Source: Macrostomum lignano (lineage: Eukaryota). Taken from it: a DNA stretch of 64,000 nt. The translations under genes were made by a program, and so were the position numbers. Position 1 is the stretch's first letter. Each line of letters opens with the position of its first letter. Under the pieces are notes generated by a model, which saw nothing but the letters and a program-made list of their open reading frames with translations, was not told the origin of the DNA and did no database searches. Below are positions 36,701 to 64,000 of the stretch, piece after piece. The DNA lies in NCBI GenBank assembly GCA_002269645.1, contig NIVC01000093.1, positions 124,001 through 188,000 on the forward strand. The letters run 5' to 3'.

Positions 36701-39550
36701 TGTCTCTTCAACTCTTATCTCTCTCTTCTTCTCGACCTTGCCTCCCCTCTTCTCTCTCTCTCCCCTTTTTCCCTCTTCTCTCTCCTCTCATTTTACTCTC
36801 CTCTCTTCTCCCCTCTCCTTTCTCCCCTTTTCTCTCTACCCTTTCTCCTCAATGCCCTCTTCTTTCCTCTTATCTTCAGCAAAAATATGTGCATATTTTC
36901 TTGCTTCAAAGTAGAGGGAATAGAAGATTAGAGATAAGCAAACAGAGGAGAGGCCAGCAATGCGATGGGAGAAAAGATTGAAGAGGAGAGAAAAGCTGAG
37001 GGAGGAAAAGAGATGAGAGAGAAGAGGAGATAAGAGGAAAGATAAGATGATGGATGAGATCAGAAGAGAGGAAAGAGGAAAGAGGAGAGAGTAGATGAAA
37101 GAAGAGAAGATAAAGAGGAGATGAGAGGAGAGTGAAGAGAGGAGAGATGAGAGAGTAGAGAAGAGAGGAGAGATAAGATGAGAGAGTAGAGTAGAGAGAC
37201 GAGAGGGAAGATAAGATGAGAGAGTAGAGTGGAATGGAGAGAGACGAGAGGAGAGATAAGAATGTAGAGAGGAGACAGAAGAATGTAGAAAGGAGACAGA
37301 AGAGATAAGAGAGGAGAGGAAAGAGATGAGGGATGAGAGAGAAAAGAAAAAGAGGATGAGAAGATTGAGGAATGGAGAGAATTTGCAAAGGCCTCAAATC
37401 TTAGTTTAACATGCATTACTCCCATCTTTGCCTTTTTCCTAACTGTTAACAAGTTTTTGTTTGAGCATGACTTCAAATTTAGAATCTATGCAAAAATAGT
37501 TCCAGGAATTGGAATTCAGTGGTTTAAAAATCTGTGGGTTTTCACAGCTTGTATCTCTACTGGATTCGTATTCTGCATCTGATGAGCCATCTGAATCAGG
37601 GCTCTCATCTTCCATGCCAAATCGTCTAGCAAATCGTTCTTGAGCTATAGGTCACACTGTATTCACTTCAAGACATTCATGAGTCATGACTTTTGTAGTA
37701 TGCTCACTACACTGCACTAAGACAATTTACTAATTGCTTCAGGCCGCCACTAGATGACATACTGATTAGCTGTTATAAAAATGCGCAATCTGCACGCAGC
37801 ACTAATTAGCTGGCGAAGCATTTAGCCTTAAAAATATGGTCATAGTTACTCCTGCCGTTTACCCTAAAGTTTTTGCTTGGTTTTCTTTCATAGGTAAGTC
37901 GCATTTTCTATCGAAAACTAAGTCGCACGGCCAACGTAATTTCAGAAGTTGCGCATGTATGATATCATGGTGCTATTTGCAACCTTGGGTCCAAAATCAG
38001 GGTGCCAAATTAGAAATCAAGGTGCCAATTGGCACTGGTCAGAATTTTAGTTTAAGAATTTAAATTTAATGCTTAATTTTTACACTTTTTGAAAGTCAGT
38101 ATATAGTATACATTATATTGTCATACAATTATGACTATATCAAAGATATTCTAGCAGTTTTGCAAGAATTATTTCATTTTTTATCAATCATAACTCATTG
38201 GTCACTGGATGACACTGTTGTAGACTATATATTCATTTATGTGAAATAGTTTTTTAATTAAAAATTGAAAAATTGAAAATTCCTAGAAAAAGTTGTAAAT
38301 AGTTATTACACTCATTATTCATTTAACTCTTTTTCATACATGAGATAAGATACACAGTCACACACACTATATTTCAATGATCTGAATTTTATTTCATTAT
38401 AATATTTACCATAAAAACCCAATAAATATATTTAATAAACATTTTAGTGCAATAAATTGATTGTAAGACAATAAGAATATATTATTATTTTGCAACAAAT
38501 TTAAAAAGAGAAATATCATTTCTTTATAGTAATATATTTTGTACTTTATACAAGTTATAGGCTACTATACTAATAAGTTTAAATTAAATTCTGAAAGTTC
38601 CAGCCTAAAACTTAAAAGTTCTAGCATACAATAGATGTGAAAAGGGTTGTGTAAAAAATCCCACATATGGAATAATGTCAGAAAATTGTGCCACAGAGCC
38701 AGTGTATAGTGTAGCTGTTGGTATACAAAATACCAAAATATTATAATTCAAAAAGGTTCCTATAATATTGCAATACAAAAAAGTCCTGTATTTTTGCAAT
38801 ACAAAAAGGTCCTTTATTTTTGCTACCTCTTCCAATAATGTCTAGCTTATATATCACAAGTAAATTTGTTTTTTTGGTGTAAACTTGAAAATATAATGAA
38901 GGGGGTTACTTTTATGATATGCTGTATAACAGATATAAGTATAATACAAGTGCAAATCTAGAAAAAAATAGGGCAGGGAAGCAAGCTATACTAAACACTA
39001 TAAACATAACCCAATATTGAAAAATAGACCTTGTATAGTGGCAGGCCAAAAGAATAGGGTATAATTTTTTATGTTAAATATATATTAACATAAATATTAT
39101 ACATATCATATTTATATTACTATATATACTATAACATATATATATATATTACTATTATACACCATACTATATATCTAGGCCTTAGTCAAAAATGATTAAA
39201 AAAATATTTCTCTATTAGCAAATTATAATATAAATATATTCTAGACTATAGCTTTCAAAAAAATAAATAATGATGCATATAAGGTCATTTAAAATAAAAA
39301 CTGTGCCTAGCCCTAAAAATTAACTGTGTGCAGTGTGCATAGCCATAGTATACAAGACATATAGCTAGGTCCCTTTTCCAAACATTTAAATATGAAATGT
39401 TTTTGCTTAATGACACAATGAAACTTTTTCCATACTTACTGTTATAATAATACATCCAATGAACGTTCCCATCCGATTATCAAAGCAAAGACAATGTTTA
39501 AGAGGTAACAATGGTTCAACGTCAGTTCTTTTTTTAAGCTTCCAACCCAT
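33708..39550 (-). CDS. Four-transmembrane protein (LAPTM/tetraspanin-like topology), ~260 aa, 5 exons
   Basis: Exons (minus) 39550-39440, 35668-35453, 35345-35229, 34406-34324, 33963-33708; phases 0/0/0/2, total 783 nt. N-terminal KHCLCFDNRMGTFIG, four hydrophobic segments, acidic/poly-Q cytosolic tail. The boundaries of the 83-nt exon are tentative. Confidence 0.7.
34021..34241. repeat. 20-bp minisatellite (AGACAGTGACACATTAGGAA), ~11 copies
   Basis: Tandem units in the last 4TM intron. Confidence 0.93.
34585..35090. repeat. 28-bp minisatellite, same unit as 19137-19655
   Basis: CAACTGAGGATCTGGGAGGCTGGCCCAG plus a CAACAGACACTCT variant. Confidence 0.96.
36195..36470. repeat. Degenerate TAAGTCGCAAAAAGGATCAGG-type tandem repeat
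   Basis: About ten TAAGTCGCA motifs at ~18-21-nt spacing. Confidence 0.85.
36613..37380. mobile_element. hAT-like MITE end followed by CT-rich then AG-rich satellite
   Basis: Starts CAGGGGTCGGCAAACTCCGGCTCGCGA (Charlie-like TIR). The reverse complement of 36613-36710 aligns by eye with 47745-47856. The second end was not found. Confidence 0.45.
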
Positions 39551-41671
39551 TATTCGGCTTCGGGTCTTATTATTTGCACAGGAACAGAGTCACACTCTTA
39601 TAAATAATTTAGTTTCTATTTTTTATTGCACAAAAAAGAAATGAAACAAAAAGCAGGTTATATGGAATAATTATTAAATACACTAGTGAAACTGACGGAA
39701 TCTCTAAGTATACAAATTCAAATAATATTGTGTGCCAATAGAAAAATAATAGAAACCTTTAAAAATGGCGGAACAAGAATAAGTTAAAAGTGATCTAGAA
39801 GCATTATTAATTGTGCTATAAATCTACAAAATAGTCACTTTATATTTAAAAAAATATTTTTAAAAGCTTTTCGCATTATAACTGTTTTTTTAGTAAATAT
39901 GCAAAAATATTGTCGTTTTGTTTGTTCAACGGATCTTTCTAAGTTGGATACGTAAATTTTACGGATGTTTTTTGGACGGCGCTTAAATGGATGTATAACC
40001 ACACAGCTATTTTCAGGATTTTGAACCGATTTTCCAGGATTTTCCCTGGTGGTCAGCTGTAGAACCCACTTGGAACCGTCAGTGAGTTCAAGCTCTGAGC
40101 ATGAAAACGTACATGAATTGTATTTGAGCATTTAACTACACGTGTATATTTGTAAGAAGGGAAAACGTAAAAATCTGTTGCCTGGAGCTTTGCTTTTGTG
40201 ATGAACCCCCCCCCCCTATAATTTTCTTGTGGGTTGGCTGCCTCAGTACATGGGTAATACAGTACATACATTGCCTGTACAGTGTATATATGCAGGATTT
40301 TCTTTTAAAAATTATCCTGATATACATTTATAGTTCCGCGTTGCATGCATCAGCTCCATCATGTACCATGGAGAAGTTGAAAATTTAAGCAGTCCTACAC
40401 ACAATTAGCAAAGTGCAAATCGATTATTTAATTAAATTTGCTTTTTTGTATTTTAAAAAAGTATAATATTTAAATTTTTGCATATAATTATTTATTTATT
40501 TTATATTGTCTGTTCTCTCGAAAAAGTCGTCTACATGCAGAGAGAAGCTTCGTTTTTCAGTTGCATTCGTCAAAAAATATCAAATCATATTTTAATACGC
40601 CATGCCCCTATAGCAGCTGGCAAAATTATGAAACTCTTGCACGGCTACATGTATGTGCTGCAACTTTGCTTGCCTGAAAGAAGAGGGATGTTCCACGTAC
40701 GAGATGGCCCACAGTATTATTACTGAAGATTTTGTGTGTCTAGCTGTGATTATTGCAGCAAACCAACCCAGCGAATAGAAGCAGGCTAGGAGGAGGCTAC
40801 CCTGCAGCCAACCACAAACCCAGCCAACCCCAGCAATTTACTACCGCCCTCACACCCTCCCTGAGACTGTTCAAAGCGGCCCCTCCTCTGGTGGAAATCG
40901 CCCCCGCCCCTAAAACCACAGACCAGACCAGCACGAATCTACTAGTGTGGCCCAATTTCCTTCCTTCAAGTCTACAGCCACCAACGGTCCAACTTAGGCT
41001 TGGAAAGCATACAAAATCGCCCAGCGGAATAAAAAAAAACAGCTGATTAAGACAAACCCGCTAAACTTCTTCCCACAAGTATTTTACCCCTATTCAATTC
41101 CGTCTCCCAACTCCCTTAGGGCTCGCCAAAGCGTTATAATAGAATTAAAAGCCAGAGAAATGCGGATTTGAAAGCCCAAATCCCCAATTGCATTTGGCCT
41201 TCTTCTCTAAAGACCACTTCACTCTGGTGCAGGAACTCTGCGCTCGTAAATTAAAAATCAACGATCGAAGTCTGCAAAATAGCTTAACGCGCGGGGCAGC
41301 GCAGATCTGCACTGCACAGAACACCTTGCGGCCTGAAGCTTGCAAACAGGTTTGTCTGGTTTTTTTGCAGGGCGAGACCCCGTAAGAAATCATACCTGGC
41401 ATCGTAAAAGCCAGAGTCAGTAGATATACATTAGATCTGGATTTTTTGACGCCGCTCAACCAGAACTAGAACGTTTCTGACTTTGTCTTTTTTAAATCTC
41501 TACCCTCCAGCCTAAACGATTTAAAAGCGAAGCAAAACCCATTCGAGCTGCTAATATAGAAAACTTCCAATGTCGACGATTCGAACACCTGGCTGACATT
41601 TGGTCCGCACTCTGGGTTTACCTTCCGGTGTCGGATTATAACTATTTCGGACAACTACGGCCAGCACAGAG

Positions 41672-60601
<18,930 letters not shown>

Positions 60602-60699
60602 GTGAGCAGATTGACTAGCTGAATCGGAGGATGCCATTTTCGGTAGATCTGTAGACCTGGTATTAGATGTCTATAGATTTAGCATGAAATTTAGATAAA

Positions 60700-61470
60700 T
60701 CTATAGATCTGGCAGTAGCTATACCTATAGATCTGACAGTAGCTATACCTATAGATCTGGCAGTAGCTACACCTATAGATCTGGCAGTAGCTACACCTGT
60801 AGATTTGGCAGTAGCTACACCTATAGATCTGGCAGTAGCTACACCTGTAGATTTGGCAGTAGCTACACCTATAGATCTGACAGTAGCTACATCTATAGAT
60901 CTGGCAGTAGCTACACCTATAGATCTGACAGTAGCTACACCTATAGATCTGGCAGTAGCTACACCTATAGATCTGACAGTAGCTACACCTGTAGATTTGG
61001 CAGTAGCTACACCTATAGATCTGACAGTAGCTACACCTATAGATCTGACAGTAGCTACACCTATAGATCTGGCAGTAGCTACATCTGTAGATCTGACAGT
61101 AGCTACACCTATAGATCTGGCAGTAGCTACACCTAAAGATCTGGCAGTAGCTACACCTATAGATCTGGTAGTAACTACACCTATAGATCTGGTAGTAACT
61201 ACACCTATAGATCTGGTAGTAACTACACCTATAGATCTGGTAGTAACTACACCTATAGATCTGGTAGTAACTACATCTATAGATCTGGTAGTAACTACAC
61301 CTATAGATCTGGTAGTAACTACATCTATAGATCTGGCAGTAGCAGATCTGGCAGTAGCTATATCTATAGATCTGGCAATAGTAGCAATATTTATAGATCT
61401 GGCAGTAACTACATCTGTAGACCTGATAGTATTCTATAGATCTTGTGGTAATATATAGATCTGACAGTAG
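60700..61470. repeat. 24-bp minisatellite (ATAGATCTGGCAGTAGCTACACCT)
   Basis: Tandem units read directly. Confidence 0.96.
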
Positions 61471-61946
61471 TTGCAATCTATCAATCTGAAGGTCAATCAA
61501 ATCTATAGATGCGTTTCATCCATGTATAGATAAATCTATAGATTTAGAAGTAGATAAATCCTTAGATCTGAAGCATTATAAACTAACAGATCTAGAGATA
61601 AACTAAATCTGCAGAATCCCTCTGACCCTAGTAGACCTAAAGAGTCCCTAAAGTTCAATCTTAAGTAAATCGTTAAAATTTCGATGAAGTAAAGTTTACT
61701 TATTAAATCACTCAAGAAAAGTTTCTGTAAGCAATATAAAAAATTGGCATTTTAATTAATTTTATGGTCAGGCATCTCCTCACCGCCTCTCATAAAAAAC
61801 AGCTACTGCTCTTCTCCCCCAAAACTTCACCTGTCAGACCTGTCATTGATAGCATTTTATTGGTCTCAGCGATCTGACAGCTGGTAAGCCTCGGGGCCAG
61901 TCCGTCCATCTAGCTAATTAAATTCACTTTTAGCCTTGCCTTGCCG

Positions 61947-62367
<421 letters not shown>

Positions 62368-62719
62368 TCTTGCTTGCTCCAAGAAGCGTGGCGTCTCCAG
62401 GCCCAGCAAAAAATCCCACCACTAGTCCATGGACAGTCAATTGATTGATTGGCCTCAGACCCCAAGCAGTGGCTTGGAAATTATGAAAGAAGAGAAAATG
62501 AAGAGAACGAGAGAGACACAGAGAGAATTACTTGATGAAGCTGAGAGGCTGACAGACTGGGCCCTCCTATACTGAAGATGTCGTTCCCCCGTAGACATCT
62601 ATTGGAGCTGTAAAACAGTGAATCTGAGGATGTCATTGCAGATAGGACTGTAGATCTGTTGTATTAGATATTTCTATAGATCTAGCAGTACATGCAGATA
62701 AATATATGGATCTAGCACT

Positions 62720-63552
62720 AATCTATAGATCTGACAGTAGCTACACCTATAGATCTGACAGTAGCTATACCTATAGATCTGACAGTAGCTACACCTATAG
62801 ATCTGGCAGTAGCTACACCTATAGATCTGACAGTAGCTACACCTATAGATCTGGCAGTAGCTACATCTGTAGATCTGACAGTAGCTACATCTATAGATCT
62901 GGCAGCAGCTACCCTTATAGATCTGACAGTAGCTACATCTATAGATCTGACAGTAGCTACATCTATAGATCTGGCAGCAGCTACCCTTATAGATCTGACA
63001 GTAGCTACATCTATAGATCTGGCAGTAGCTACACCTATAGATCTGACAGTAGCTACACCTATAGATCTGGCAGTAGCTACATCTGTAGATCTGACAGTAG
63101 CTACATCTATAGATCTGGCAGCAGCTACCCTTATAGATCTGACAGTAGCTACATCTATAGATCTGACAGTAGCTACATCTATAGATCTGGCAGCAGCTAC
63201 CCTTATAGATCTGACAGTAGCTACATCTATAGATCTGGCAGCAGCTACCCTTATAGATCTGACAGTAGCTACACCTATAGATCTGACAGTAGCTACATCT
63301 ATAGATCTGGCAGCAGCTACCCTTATAGATCTGACAGTAGCTACACCTATAGATCTGACAGTAGCTACATCTATAGATCTGGCAGCAGCTACCCTTATAG
63401 ATCTGACAGTAGCTACATCTATAGATCTGGCAGCAGCTACCCTTATAGATCTGACAGTAGCTACACCTATAGATCTGACAGTAGCTACACCTATAGATCT
63501 GGCAGCAGCCACCTTTATAGATCTGGAACTAATTTATAGATCTGACAGTAGC
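62720..63552. repeat. 24-bp minisatellite, same family as 60700-61470
   Basis: ATAGATCTGACAGTAGCTACACCT and variants. Confidence 0.96.
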
Positions 63553-64000
63553 TGGTTTGATTGGCCTCAGACCCAAAGCAGTGACTTTAAAATTATGAAA
63601 GAAGAAAATAAAGACAGAGAGAGGGAGAACTACTTGATGAAGCTGGGAGGCTGACAGGCTGGCACCAGCATTCTCGTACAGAAGAAGTCGTCATAAAGTA
63701 GTTATCCAGGATCTCAAAAGCATTTACAAATATATAATTTTGTTGTCTCATTACAGCCAGTTGTCTCATTAATGTTATTCATTATCACGGGGAGCATATT
63801 TCTCGGTTGAATAGTTACCCTTTGAAGCCTTGTAGCAGAGTTAGGTCTGTAGTCTTTGTCTCCAGCGTCTCGCAAATTCTGAGCTCTGAGTCCAAATCTA
63901 GCTTTGTGTGTTCTGATTGATTTCTTACTCATACATACACTAGATTCCAGCTGAATTTTGCCTTAGTTTAGCAACATCGCCTCCCAAAGCATCTGATAGA

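Noticed and set aside
37480-37650. Short acidic minus-strand reading frame (AQERFARRFGMEDESPDSDGSSDAEYESS...)
   Set aside because: It has an acceptor-like start but no usable donor, ends in a stop and shows no recognisable family; the 4TM gene splices in phase without it.

Overview
Eukaryotic (animal) genomic DNA. GC-rich spliced exons sit between introns that are largely filled by micro- and minisatellites. The style (poly-Q/A/G tracts, near-universal intronic tandem arrays) resembles a free-living flatworm such as Macrostomum; this is inference and the species is not determined. I assembled six protein-coding genes by hand from GT-AG boundaries with consistent phases: (1) a BTB + NPH3-domain protein of the plant NPH3/RPT2-like type (minus, 981-5131); (2) a single-exon secreted 16-Cys protein with the Argos/giant-lens cysteine pattern (plus, 9128-10021); (3) Haspin kinase (minus, 11906-16559); (4) a ~1047-aa multi-C2H2 zinc-finger protein (minus, 18754-30831); (5) a 260-aa four-TM protein (minus, 33708-39550); (6) the 5' part of a teneurin (plus, 41672 to past 60601). 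Most long ORFs in the supplied track are artefacts of tandem repeats. Mobile DNA includes a tRNA-headed SINE with a 15-bp TSD and two further copies, an hAT-type MITE with an 8-bp TSD, a palindromic MITE with a 9-bp TSD nested in a SINE relic, and a degenerate foldback. The most notable signals are the plant-type NPH3 gene in an animal locus, the Argos-like gene, loss of the dimerising cysteine in teneurin EGF2, sharply bounded CpG-depleted first introns, and intron-specific minisatellites. No database searches were run; family comparisons are from recalled consensus motifs.
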